Positions 30,878 to 38,920 of a DNA stretch of 38,920 nt are shown in pieces. The stretch comes from Candidatus Hydrothermarchaeota archaeon (GTDB taxonomy: Archaea; Hydrothermarchaeota; Hydrothermarchaeia; Hydrothermarchaeales; JAADFM01). Under the pieces are notes generated by a model. It saw nothing but the letters and a program-made list of their open reading frames with translations. It was not told the DNA's origin and did not search any database. A program made the translations under genes and the position numbers. The DNA lies in assembly GCA_964534545.1 (NCBI GenBank), contig CAZHQS010000002.1, forward strand, positions 1-38,920. The letters run 5' to 3'. Positions within the stretch are counted from its first letter, which is position 1. Every line of letters begins with the position of its first letter.

Positions 30878-31822
30878 CTACTTCTGAATATTTAAAACCA
30901 TCCCGGCCAGGGCATCGATGAACTTCTCGGAAGTATTCAAAGACTCGGTGCGCCTGAAGTTGTCTATTCCCAGGGATTCAGCATATTCCCGGTACTGGAT
31001 ATCGATCTCGTAGAGGGTCTCGATGTGGTCCGAGACAAAGCTGATGGGTACCACCAGGACATCCCTGTGGCCCTTCTCTGCCAGGTTCTTTAATGTCTCC
31101 CCGAGACCGGGACCCACCCACTTGACCGGTCCCGTCCTGCTCTGGTATGCCAGGTGCCACCCCATCTCCCCCACCCTCTTCCAGACCCCATCTATGGTCC
31201 CCCTTATGTGGTCGATGTAGGGGTCCCCCTCATCCAGGAACCTCTGGGGAATGGAATGGGCGCTGAATACCACCTGGACCCGGTCTGGATTGCCAAAGGC
31301 CGAAAGTCCGTCCCTCACCTTCTCTGCCAGGGCGTCCAGGTAGCCAGGGTCATCGTAGAAGCTCTCGATCCTCCTTTCTTTAAAAGCCAGACCCAGGGTC
31401 TCCTTCACCCTCTCCAGCTCTGCGAGACATGAACCTGTGGTAGCCCTGGTATATTGAGGATAGAGGGGGAGTATCACAAGCTCCTTTATCCCGTCCTCCT
31501 TGACCTCCCACAGGGCCTCCTCCAGGGTGGGGTGCCAGTAGCGCATACCCACGTAGCACTTGCAGCCCTCCAGGCGCTCCTCCAGGGCCAGGGCCTGCTT
31601 CAGGGTGATGTCCAGGATAGGGCTCCTGCCGCCGATGCGGGCGTAGCGCCGGCGGACCTTCCGTGACCGGACCAGGGACAGAAACCTGGCAAAACCTTTC
31701 TGGAAGGGGAGGTGTATGATGTCCCTGTCCGAGAAGAGGTTGTACAGGAAGGGCTGGACCGCCTCCAGGGAATCCGGTCCACCGAGATTTAGAAGGAGCA
31801 CTCCTTTTTCTACCATAATCAC
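30878..31822 (-). CDS. hemH: Ferrochelatase (HemH/CpfC)
   Basis: LLLNLGGPDS...VQPFLYNLFSD, YPQY, FSAHSIP, SFVSDHIETLYEID. Confidence 0.88.
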   Translation of the reverse strand: MIMVEKGVLLLNLGGPDSLEAVQPFLYNLFSDRDIIHLPFQKGFARFLSLVRSRKVRRRYARIGGRSPILDITLKQALALEERLEGCKCYVGMRYWHPTLEEALWEVKEDGIKELVILPLYPQYTRATTGSCLAELERVKETLGLAFKERRIESFYDDPGYLDALAEKVRDGLSAFGNPDRVQVVFSAHSIPQRFLDEGDPYIDHIRGTIDGVWKRVGEMGWHLAYQSRTGPVKWVGPGLGETLKNLAEKGHRDVLVVPISFVSDHIETLYEIDIQYREYAESLGIDNFRRTESLNTSEKFIDALAGMVLNIQK

Positions 31823-31863
31823 CCTCCATCATAAATCCTTGCCAGGGATATAAGTATTTTCGC

Positions 31864-32895
31864 CTATCTGTGACTGAACCTCTTCACCGCCTCCACCATG
31901 GCGATGACGTTCTCCACCGGGGTGTGCTTGTTGATGCCGTGCCCCAGGTTGAAGATGTGGCCCGGCCTGCCCCCGGCCCGGTGCAGGACGTCCTTGACCC
32001 TTTCTGCGATGTAGTCCCGGGGCGCCATCAACACCATGGGGTCCAGGTTGCCCTGGATGCCCACATCATGGCCGATGCGCCCCCATGCCTCGTCTAGGGG
32101 GATGCGCCAGTCCACCCCTATCACGTCGCCCCCGGCCTCCCTCACCGACTCCAGGAAGGTGGCGGCCTGGTTGGCGAAGTGGATGACGGGAACCTCACCC
32201 TTGATCCGGTCGATGATCTTCCTGGTGTAGGGCATGGCGAACTCCCGGTAATCTGAGGGGGTCAGGCACCCTGCCCAGGAGTCGAAGAGCTGTACCGCCT
32301 GGGCCCCGGCCTCTATCTGGGCCTTCAGGTAGAGGGCCACCGTATCCGTGAGCTTCTCCATCAGAACCTCCCAGGTTTTGGGCTCCGAGAACATCATGGT
32401 CTTGGTGTGGAGGTAGTCCCTGGTGCCGCCCCCGTCCACCATATAGGAGGCCAGGGTGAAGGGCGCCCCCGAGAACCCTATCAGGGGGACACGACCCGCG
32501 AGCCTTTCCCGGAGGATCTTAACGGCCTCCAGGACATAGGACAGGGCCTCGAAGGGGTCCGGAACCTTCAGGGCCTCGGCATCTTCCCTTGTCCTCACCG
32601 GGTTGTGGATTACCGGACCCCTGCCCGGGACAAACTCCAGGTCCGCACCCATCCCTTCGAAGGGCACCAGGATGTCTGAAAAGAGGATGGCGGCATCAAC
32701 CCCAAGGCGGTCGATGGGCTGGAGGGTGACCTCTGCCGCCACCTGGGGCTTCCGGCACATCTCCAGGAAGGAGTACTTTCTTCGTACCTCCTGGTACTCC
32801 TCCATGTACCTGCCCGCCTGGCGCATGAGCCAGACTGGAGTGCGCTCCGTCTCCTCCCGGCGGCATGCTCTAAGGAAAAGGTGATCGTCTCCCAT
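31864..32895 (-). CDS. hemE: Uroporphyrinogen decarboxylase
   Basis: RTPVWLMRQAGRYMEEY, ILFSDILV, FDSWAG, NLGHGI. I chose start MGDDHLFLRAC at 32895; the longer track ORF adds a non-homologous extension. Confidence 0.88.
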   Translation of the reverse strand: MGDDHLFLRACRREETERTPVWLMRQAGRYMEEYQEVRRKYSFLEMCRKPQVAAEVTLQPIDRLGVDAAILFSDILVPFEGMGADLEFVPGRGPVIHNPVRTREDAEALKVPDPFEALSYVLEAVKILRERLAGRVPLIGFSGAPFTLASYMVDGGGTRDYLHTKTMMFSEPKTWEVLMEKLTDTVALYLKAQIEAGAQAVQLFDSWAGCLTPSDYREFAMPYTRKIIDRIKGEVPVIHFANQAATFLESVREAGGDVIGVDWRIPLDEAWGRIGHDVGIQGNLDPMVLMAPRDYIAERVKDVLHRAGGRPGHIFNLGHGINKHTPVENVIAMVEAVKRFSHR

Positions 32896-32933
32896 CAACC
32901 AAGGTGTAGGGAGAGGGGCCCATATAACCTTTT

Positions 32934-33215
32934 CTAATGGACACCCCTGACTTGCCTGGAATAGCAGTCCCTGCAATAAACCGGCCTGTCCTGATGAGGC
33001 ACGAAGGGAACCTGGGTGGCCTCCCCACACTCGGCGCAGATGGCATCATGCATCTCTCGGGAGACCCTTCCGCTGCGAGCGGCCTTCTTCCTATCCCTAC
33101 AGGCCCTGCATCTTTTGGGGTCCTGGAAGCCCTTATCCCTGTAGAAATCCTGTTCCTCGCCAGAGAAAAGGAACTCCTCCCCGCAGTCCAGGCAGATTAT
33201 GGTCCTATCTTCCAT
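32934..33215 (-). CDS. Double zinc-ribbon protein (CxxC..CxxC, twice)
   Basis: ICLDCGEEF...RCRACRDRK and ICAECGEAT...YCRDCY. Confidence 0.75.
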   Translation of the reverse strand: MEDRTIICLDCGEEFLFSGEEQDFYRDKGFQDPKRCRACRDRKKAARSGRVSREMHDAICAECGEATQVPFVPHQDRPVYCRDCYSRQVRGVH

Positions 33216-33261
33216 CTGGATTTTGCTCCTTTATGATAGACTGGGCGGGTCGAGTATTTAG

Positions 33262-34593
33262 CTATTTCGTCATGGCGAGGCTTCTAAAGGACCTCCTTTC
33301 CACCCCCTCCAGGATCTTGACGATACCGGGGGCATCCTCCTGCTCGGGCCCGGCCCGGGGGATTGATATGCCGTGATATTCGGCCAGGGCATCGAAGAGG
33401 GCTTCACGCAGCCCGTCCGGGGTGAAGCCGCCGGTCTCGAGCACCGGGTTCAGGTGGTGGTACTCCCACCAGCGGCGGTGGAGGATTCGGATCCCCAGGT
33501 CCTCGGCATGGTTGTAGATGCCTGTGCCGGGATAGGGGGTCAGGATGGAAAAGGTGGCCTCGCCTCCCATGTCCCTAATCTCCTTTGCCAGGCCAATCGT
33601 CTTTGCAAAATCCTCCCGGGTCTCCCCCGGAAACCCTACCATGAAGCCGCAGACAGGAGTTATCCCGCTTTCTGAAAGGTCCCGGACGGTTTCCAGGACG
33701 CCCTGGACCTCTATCCCCTTCCTGATGGTATCCACCATCCTCTGGCACCCGCTCTCGATGCCGAACCTCACCACCCTGCACCCAGAGGCCGCCATCTCCT
33801 CGATGAGCTCCCGGTCCATGTGGTCCAGCCTGAGTTCAGCAGACCATCCCACCCCCAGGGACTTCAATCCCCTGCATATCTCAAGGGTCCTCCTCCGGTC
33901 CGAGGCGAAGTTGGGGTCCACGAAGAAGAAGGAATCAATTCCCTGGCCCACCAGGGACTCAACCTCAGCCAGGACACCCTCCGCCCTCCTGAGCCTGAGC
34001 ATCCCGGAGACCAGCCTGGAGGAGCAGATGGAGCAGGTGTTGGCGCACCCCCTGGAGGTGGCGACGGCACCGGGGAATGAGTATCTGTGCAGCTCCAGCA
34101 GGTGTCTGGCGGGCAGGGGCAGGGAATCCAGATCCTTAACCCTCTGCATCCTGTTCTTACCCAACTTCCCACCCCGCCGGTAGACCAACCCCGGGACCTC
34201 CTCCAGGTTCCCTCTGCCCTCAAGGGCAGCCGCCAGGACGGTAATGGCAGGCTCCCCCTCTCCCCGGATGACATAATCGAAACCGTCCTCCAGGGCCTCC
34301 TCGGCCAGGGCGGTGACGTGGGGACCGCCCACCACCACCGGGGTCCCTGAAGCCTTGGCCGCCTTCATGATCCGCACCGCCAGGTGGTAGTTGTGGGTAT
34401 AGCAGGAGATGCCCACCAGGTCTGCCCCCTCCAAGTCCTCCTCCAGTCTCCTATGGAGATTCATGTCCACGACTTTTACCTCGTGGCCCTCCCTTTCCAG
34501 GACCCCGGCCAGATAGGCCAGGCCCAGAGGCGGGACCTCCACCTGGGGCTCTGAGACCTCCCTGTGGGGAGCCTCCACCAGGAGGACCCTCAT
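33262..34593 (-). CDS. B12-binding-domain radical SAM protein (class B)
   Basis: N-terminal Rossmann/B12-like half (MRVLLVEAP...GISCYT...VVVGGPHVT). Radical SAM cluster motif GCANTCSIC (CX3CX2C). 4-nt overlap with the PqqD-like gene. Confidence 0.85.
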   Translation of the reverse strand: MRVLLVEAPHREVSEPQVEVPPLGLAYLAGVLEREGHEVKVVDMNLHRRLEEDLEGADLVGISCYTHNYHLAVRIMKAAKASGTPVVVGGPHVTALAEEALEDGFDYVIRGEGEPAITVLAAALEGRGNLEEVPGLVYRRGGKLGKNRMQRVKDLDSLPLPARHLLELHRYSFPGAVATSRGCANTCSICSSRLVSGMLRLRRAEGVLAEVESLVGQGIDSFFFVDPNFASDRRRTLEICRGLKSLGVGWSAELRLDHMDRELIEEMAASGCRVVRFGIESGCQRMVDTIRKGIEVQGVLETVRDLSESGITPVCGFMVGFPGETREDFAKTIGLAKEIRDMGGEATFSILTPYPGTGIYNHAEDLGIRILHRRWWEYHHLNPVLETGGFTPDGLREALFDALAEYHGISIPRAGPEQEDAPGIVKILEGVERRSFRSLAMTK

Positions 34594-34808
34594 ACCTCCA
34601 CCTCCTCTAGGAGGTCCAGGTGCTTCAGCCTCCGGATAAAGGCGAGTACCTGGGGGTCTTCCGGCGGAATGTAATCCCCCTCCAGAGCCTCCCAGATCTC
34701 TGCCCCTTTTTCATTCAGGGAATAGATACCCCCTTTGGCCATGATAAGGACCCTGGTCCCCTCCCGCTTCCAGACCACGTTAGCTCTCCTCAGACCCACT
34801 TGGACCAC
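34590..34808 (-). CDS. PqqD-family protein (RiPP recognition element-like chaperone)
   Basis: 72 aa. VVWKREGTRVLIMAKGGIYSLNEKGAEIWEAL fits the PqqD pattern. Confidence 0.7.
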   Translation of the reverse strand: MVQVGLRRANVVWKREGTRVLIMAKGGIYSLNEKGAEIWEALEGDYIPPEDPQVLAFIRRLKHLDLLEEVEV

Positions 34809-34812
34809 ACCA

Positions 34813-35520
34813 TCACGACTCCAGAAGCCTTTTGAGTTCTGCCTTGAGTTGTGTCACCTTCTCCCTCCTGGCCTCCCCGTCCTGGCATACCACACCCCTG
34901 AAGCCCAGGATGTCAGGGTCAACCCTTAGCGCCTCTTCCAGGTGGGGGATGCGGATGGAGCCTGCCAGGATGAGTTCCATCCCCTGGTCATGGGCCCTTT
35001 CCTTGAGTTCTGAGAGCCTCTCCATGGGGGCGAAGTCCAGGACGTTCTTGCCGTCCTTTATGGCGGTGTCCACCATGAGGATATCCGCCCCTTCCATCTG
35101 GTCGACGAAGTCGAAGGGGTCGGCGGCACCGATGCGCCCGGCATCGGCGTAGCCTGAGATTATAAGTCCACACCCTGGATCGTATTCGTCGATGGCCCTT
35201 CTCAAATGCCCTGCCATGACCCCCACCTCCCGGGGTGTTCTGACAGCGAACATGGAGGCCGTCACGTAGTCAACCTCCAGGGTGGCAGTGCCGAAGGCGG
35301 CAAGGGATGCCGTCCCGGGCCTGAAATCCAGGTCGCCTATGGAGGCTGCTATCTCGACCCCTTTGGGAGCCAGGGCCATGACCTCCTCTATCACCCCAGG
35401 GGTGTTGGCCCCCAAGGTCCCCTCAGCCGGGTTCTTCACGTCCAGGATGTCCACCCCCCCGGCGGCCATCACCTCCCCTGCCTCTCTGAGGTCCTTGATG
35501 CTTATCATGACTCGAACCAT
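34813..35520 (-). CDS. mfnB: MfnB-like (5-formylfuran-3-yl)methyl phosphate synthase family protein (DUF556)
   Basis: GGVDILDVKNPAEGTLGAN, SIGD, ISGYADA, MVDTAIKDGKNVLDF, LAGSI. About 235 aa. Confidence 0.65.
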   Translation of the reverse strand: MVRVMISIKDLREAGEVMAAGGVDILDVKNPAEGTLGANTPGVIEEVMALAPKGVEIAASIGDLDFRPGTASLAAFGTATLEVDYVTASMFAVRTPREVGVMAGHLRRAIDEYDPGCGLIISGYADAGRIGAADPFDFVDQMEGADILMVDTAIKDGKNVLDFAPMERLSELKERAHDQGMELILAGSIRIPHLEEALRVDPDILGFRGVVCQDGEARREKVTQLKAELKRLLES

Positions 35521-35567
35521 GTAATTATTTCAAAAGATAACTTTCTATTAGATTTAGGTAAATTCCC

Positions 35568-36626
35568 ATGCTGGCAGAGATCAAGATGGAACTCCAGGCC
35601 AAGGGTTTGAGGGTCCCTCCCCGCCTGGAGGCAGAGCTTTCCCTTGAATACATCGTTCAGCCCCAGTACATCTCCTTCATGATGGGAGAGGTTCCGGTGG
35701 GGATCATGAACGGTCCCTATTCCGAAGGCTCGCCCTTCGAGGTGGGGCTGGTGGAGGGGGAGACCTGGATACTGAAGGACGGGAAGCCCTATGTGGAAAT
35801 CCGGTTCCTGAGATGGCCAGATTTTTTTGACAAGGAAACCTCCAGGGGGACCCCCATGTCAGGGATATGCTCCCTGGTAGCCCCGGGATTCACCATCTGC
35901 TATGTCCATCGAGGGTGCGTCTACTGGAGGGAGACCTACCAGTGCAGGTTCTGCATCGTGGAGCGGCTGTCATCAAAGATGGTGAAGGATCCCCGGGATA
36001 TTGCAGAGACCATGAGGGCCGGGGTGGAGGAGGGGGCCATCAAGACCCATGTGGCCCTGACCTCGGGGGCCCAGCCCGGCAGGGACAGGGGAAACCGGGT
36101 TGTGGGGGAGGCCGCCGATGCCATAAAGGAGATGGTATCAATCCCCATCTCAGCCAACACCGAGCCCCCCAAGGACATCTCATGTTTGAAGGCCCTGGAG
36201 AACTGCGATTCCGCCTACTTCAACCTGGAGGTCTTTGACAGGCGGGCCCGGCAGGAGTGGACACCGGGAAAGGGGAAGATACCCCTTGATGTCTATCAGG
36301 AGACCTTCAAGCACTCCCTGGACATCCTGGGGGAGAACCAGGTGGGGTCGGTCCTCCTGGCCGGCCTGGAAGATGACCGGGGCCTCCTGGAAGGCGTCCG
36401 CTGGCTGGCTGAGCAGGGGGTCATCCCGGTGGTGGAGCCGGTCTATCCCCTCCAGGGCTCCCTGATACCTCACATGAAGCCCCCATCGGCGGCGAGGATG
36501 AAGGCCCTCTATGAGGCGACAATAGAGATCGTTGACGAGCACGGCCTAAGACCTGACAAGACAAAGGCAGGATTTGTAAGGGGGGGCGCCCTCTCGGCCA
36601 TGAAGGAGGTCAGGCTGGGGTTATAG
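35568..36626 (+). CDS. Fe-S / radical-SAM-like protein with non-canonical CX8CX2C spacing
   Basis: HRGCVYWRETYQCRFC. Later VALTSG and alternating beta/alpha-like sequence. Divergent from the mfnB-like operon across a 47-nt spacer. Confidence 0.45.
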   Translation: MLAEIKMELQAKGLRVPPRLEAELSLEYIVQPQYISFMMGEVPVGIMNGPYSEGSPFEVGLVEGETWILKDGKPYVEIRFLRWPDFFDKETSRGTPMSGICSLVAPGFTICYVHRGCVYWRETYQCRFCIVERLSSKMVKDPRDIAETMRAGVEEGAIKTHVALTSGAQPGRDRGNRVVGEAADAIKEMVSIPISANTEPPKDISCLKALENCDSAYFNLEVFDRRARQEWTPGKGKIPLDVYQETFKHSLDILGENQVGSVLLAGLEDDRGLLEGVRWLAEQGVIPVVEPVYPLQGSLIPHMKPPSAARMKALYEATIEIVDEHGLRPDKTKAGFVRGGALSAMKEVRLGL

Positions 36627-36686
36627 ACGGTTTTCAGTGGTTAAGTTTTTGCGTATCGTAGAGAATCAAATGTATCAGGTGGCCGA

Positions 36687-36974
36687 ATGAAGACTGTAAC
36701 CGCCAGGATCCCAGAAGAGCTTTTCAGAGAGATAGAAGTAGTATGCGATGTTGAAAAGTCCGACAGGGCGGAGGTCCTTCGCAGACTCCTTGACAGCGCC
36801 CTCAAAGAATGGAAGCTCAAGAGGGCCCTGGAGCTCCTGCGGGAGGGCAGGGTAACCCTCAGGAAGGCGGCAAAGATGGCGGGGAGAAGGTACGTTGAAA
36901 TGCTAGACATCGCATCCAAGAACAACATCCCCCTCCAGATGGAGCCCGAGGACGTATTCGAAGACCTCAGGTAG
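36687..36974 (+). CDS. Antitoxin: ribbon-helix-helix fused to a UPF0175-type domain
   Basis: MKTVTARIPEELFREIE...RAEVLRRLL (RHH), then ALELLREGRVTLRKAAKMAGRRYVEMLDIASKNNIPL (UPF0175). Confidence 0.75.
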   Translation: MKTVTARIPEELFREIEVVCDVEKSDRAEVLRRLLDSALKEWKLKRALELLREGRVTLRKAAKMAGRRYVEMLDIASKNNIPLQMEPEDVFEDLR

Positions 36975-36979
36975 CGGGC

Positions 36980-37501
36980 ATGGCCATCCTGGACGCTTCC
37001 CCCATCATCTACTACAGCCGCATAGGCCGTCTGGGATGGCTGAAGGGATACTACGGCATCCTCAATACCACCCCGTCAATCATCAAAGAGACCGTTGATG
37101 ATGCCAGGGACCTCAAAAAACCAGGGGTCTCGGCCATTGAAAGGTTCATAACCGAGGGAGAGATAGGGATCATTGAACTGTCTGCAAGGGAGGCGAAGGC
37201 GGCCAAAGGGATTTGTCTCTCGGAAGGCATAGAGCCCGGAGACGCTGAGCTTATTCTGGCGGCGGAAAAGAAGGGCGATGTACTGGTAACCAACGACAGG
37301 ATCCTGCGGACCATAGCCAGGACCCGGGGAATCCAAGCCCACTGGGCCGTTACACCTGTTTTGAAATCTGCCAGGGACGGAGAGATGCCCATAGGGGAGG
37401 CCAAAGTGGTTATAAGGGACTTGGTCAAGGCTGGCCTCAGGTTGAAGCCCCAGACCCTTGTCGCCATCTATGAGGCGTTGGAGGGTATGGAAGAGGGATG
37501 A
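36980..37501 (+). CDS. PIN-like (DUF3368-type) toxin
   Basis: ILDASPIIYYSRIGRLGWL, GDAELILAAEKKGDVLVTNDR. Lies 5 nt downstream of the antitoxin. Confidence 0.7.
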   Translation: MAILDASPIIYYSRIGRLGWLKGYYGILNTTPSIIKETVDDARDLKKPGVSAIERFITEGEIGIIELSAREAKAAKGICLSEGIEPGDAELILAAEKKGDVLVTNDRILRTIARTRGIQAHWAVTPVLKSARDGEMPIGEAKVVIRDLVKAGLRLKPQTLVAIYEALEGMEEG

Positions 37502-37519
37502 GTTGTACTTTGAGACAAC

Positions 37520-38461
37520 TTACCGATCCAGGACTTTTCTATAGTGCTCCAGATAGGTGGCAGCCTTGCCCCCGGCTTCCCTGGATAACCCCCTGATTAT
37601 CCTGGCAACGGCCAGGATCTCCTTATCAGGTCGCGGGAGATATTTGGCATACTCGGGAAATTTGCCCAGGGTGAGGGTTGTCTCCCTATAGAAGAAGAGG
37701 GGGACCTTCCTGAAGCTCCTCTCCAGACCCAGGGACAGGGCAACGAAGTTCCTCTTGTTGGGTGCCCTGATGAAGGTCTTGAGGTCAGACCCATGGCTCC
37801 CTGTGGTATCGCAGATGTCATCTATCAGGCCGGTTGTCTTTGCCACGAACTCGGTCTGGAGGTCCGGGTCCCCTACCTTTACGGCCATCTGTTGGGTCAG
37901 TCGATTGATATCTTCGACCTTGGAAAGGATCTCTCCTCCCAGGGCCTCCGAGTTTTCCCTGGTGTATTCCAAAAGTCCTGCCGAGGCTTCCAGCAAGGCC
38001 TTGGCCTCTTCCTTCCCGGGTGTATCGAAGAACCTGTTGACCTTCTCTGCGAGTTCTCCTACGCGATCTATCTCCCCTGCCGTTTTTCCCATGAGTCTTC
38101 CCAGGACCAGATCCTCATCGGATTCGCAACTCTCAGAGGCTGTTTTCATGGTCCAGGAGGCTACCCTGCACCCATCGCAGATCAGGGCGGACCACATGGT
38201 TATGGGCAGACCTGTCAGGGGGGTTGTTGCAAGGTCAATCACCTGCCCCCCACCCTTTTTCAGTAGGAACCGCTGGCTGCCATCATTTTCACCCTCTTCG
38301 GTCAGGGTTTCGATATTACGCGCCAGGTCGTAGAAACCTCCGATAAAAAGGGAATTCTGGAGTATCTCATCTGGGATCAGGGTCTCCAGGGTCCTTCTTC
38401 CCATGCCTCCCGCTTTGGAGGTGCTGTCTGCCCAGAACCTCTTGAGCCTGTCGAGTTTCAT
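37520..38461 (-). CDS. Hypothetical protein (313 aa)
   Basis: Long ORF with host-like composition. I recognise no motif. Confidence 0.55.
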   Translation of the reverse strand: MKLDRLKRFWADSTSKAGGMGRRTLETLIPDEILQNSLFIGGFYDLARNIETLTEEGENDGSQRFLLKKGGGQVIDLATTPLTGLPITMWSALICDGCRVASWTMKTASESCESDEDLVLGRLMGKTAGEIDRVGELAEKVNRFFDTPGKEEAKALLEASAGLLEYTRENSEALGGEILSKVEDINRLTQQMAVKVGDPDLQTEFVAKTTGLIDDICDTTGSHGSDLKTFIRAPNKRNFVALSLGLERSFRKVPLFFYRETTLTLGKFPEYAKYLPRPDKEILAVARIIRGLSREAGGKAATYLEHYRKVLDR

Positions 38462-38532
38462 CCTTCGATTTATTGCTTGTCCGTTATGACATATAAATAA
38501 CTATGACCCCGTTAATCCTTTGAAATCCGGTA

Positions 38533-38730
38533 ATGTCCCCAGAGTTCGTCCCGGTACTGGATACCGGCGCCTGCACGGGTTGCGGGCGCTGTGAGGAGCT
38601 GTGCCCCGCCGTCTTCAGGGTAAAGGACGGCAAGAGCACCGTCATCAGCTACCAGTGCGACGGCTGCGACTGCCAGCAGGTGGAGGCCGAGTGCAAGGTG
38701 GGGGCCATAAAGATTTATGAGGATTTCTGA
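38533..38730 (+). CDS. Small ferredoxin-like protein
   Basis: CTGCGRCEELCP plus a second Cys group CDGCDC...C. 65 aa. Confidence 0.7.
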   Translation: MSPEFVPVLDTGACTGCGRCEELCPAVFRVKDGKSTVISYQCDGCDCQQVEAECKVGAIKIYEDF

Positions 38731-38920
38731 CTCCGGCTTTGGAAGGGGAGCCCCAGGATGAATAAAGACGAAACCGGGGATCGTTAGCGATGAGATAAAT
38801 GATTCTTCAATAATTGAAGGCTAGCCCCCTTCCATCTCCTTCCTCTTCCTCACCCTAATCGGCACATACGAACAAAACGGCTCCTCCCCGAGATAATCCC
38901 CGTCCATCGTATACGCCCTG

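Noticed and set aside
1-38920. CRISPR arrays, tRNA or rRNA genes, integrases and transposases.
   Set aside because: Scanning the intergenic regions showed no regularly spaced short repeats, no tRNA-like GTTCGAATC / T-arm signatures, and no recombinase-like ORFs.
38855-38920. A possible 3' end of a minus-strand gene entering from the right edge (…QGVYDGRGLSRGGAVLFVCAD*).
   Set aside because: Only 21 codons are visible and they carry no motif, so the evidence is too thin to call.

Overview
About 50 genes from a GC-rich prokaryote with visibly uneven base composition. I saw no rRNA, tRNA, CRISPR array, transposase or integrase. Main content: (1) Two genes encode a family of secreted or lipobox, His-rich beta-propeller proteins that end in a conserved CxxCH...LCG..W module; one is an internal tandem duplication cut by the left edge. 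(2) dsrAB (dissimilatory sulfite reductase) has none of its usual partners (dsrC, dsrD, dsrMK) in the window. (3) Three paralogous MacB/FtsX-type ABC modules are each tightly coupled to extracytoplasmic Cys- or metal-handling accessories: three NosL-family lipoproteins, a DsbA-like lipoprotein, small Cys-rich proteins, a Cys-bearing polytopic membrane protein, and a TatA gene missing from the ORF track. (4) An A/T-richer block (about 22.0-29.2 kb) is partly bracketed by a perfect 30-nt direct repeat. It encodes a Tat-signal C_GCAxxG_C_C/CxxCH protein, a NapH/NosH-like membrane ferredoxin, a Cys-rich mini membrane protein, a circularly permuted FrhB (F420-type) homologue, an archaeal S-layer-like protein and a third NosL. 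(5) A long minus-strand operon joins MfnB-like, PqqD-like, B12-radical-SAM and Zn-ribbon genes to hemE-hemH-hemY. (6) There is a UPF0175/PIN toxin-antitoxin pair. My best candidate for an undescribed system is the propeller-cytochrome, NosL, MacB-type ABC, Tat and thiol-redox gene set. I read it as a possible maturation and electron-transfer apparatus for a novel extracytoplasmic metallo-enzyme, together with the permuted-FrhB/NapH-like operon. Taxonomic signals are mixed. Archaeal-type features are MfnB, FrhB, the S-layer-like protein, membrane-tethered wHTH regulators, TATA-like boxes and an AksA-like gene. Bacterial-type features are many lipoboxes, hairpin plus T-run terminators and hemE/H/Y. 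All functional calls rest on motif recognition by eye; no searches were run.
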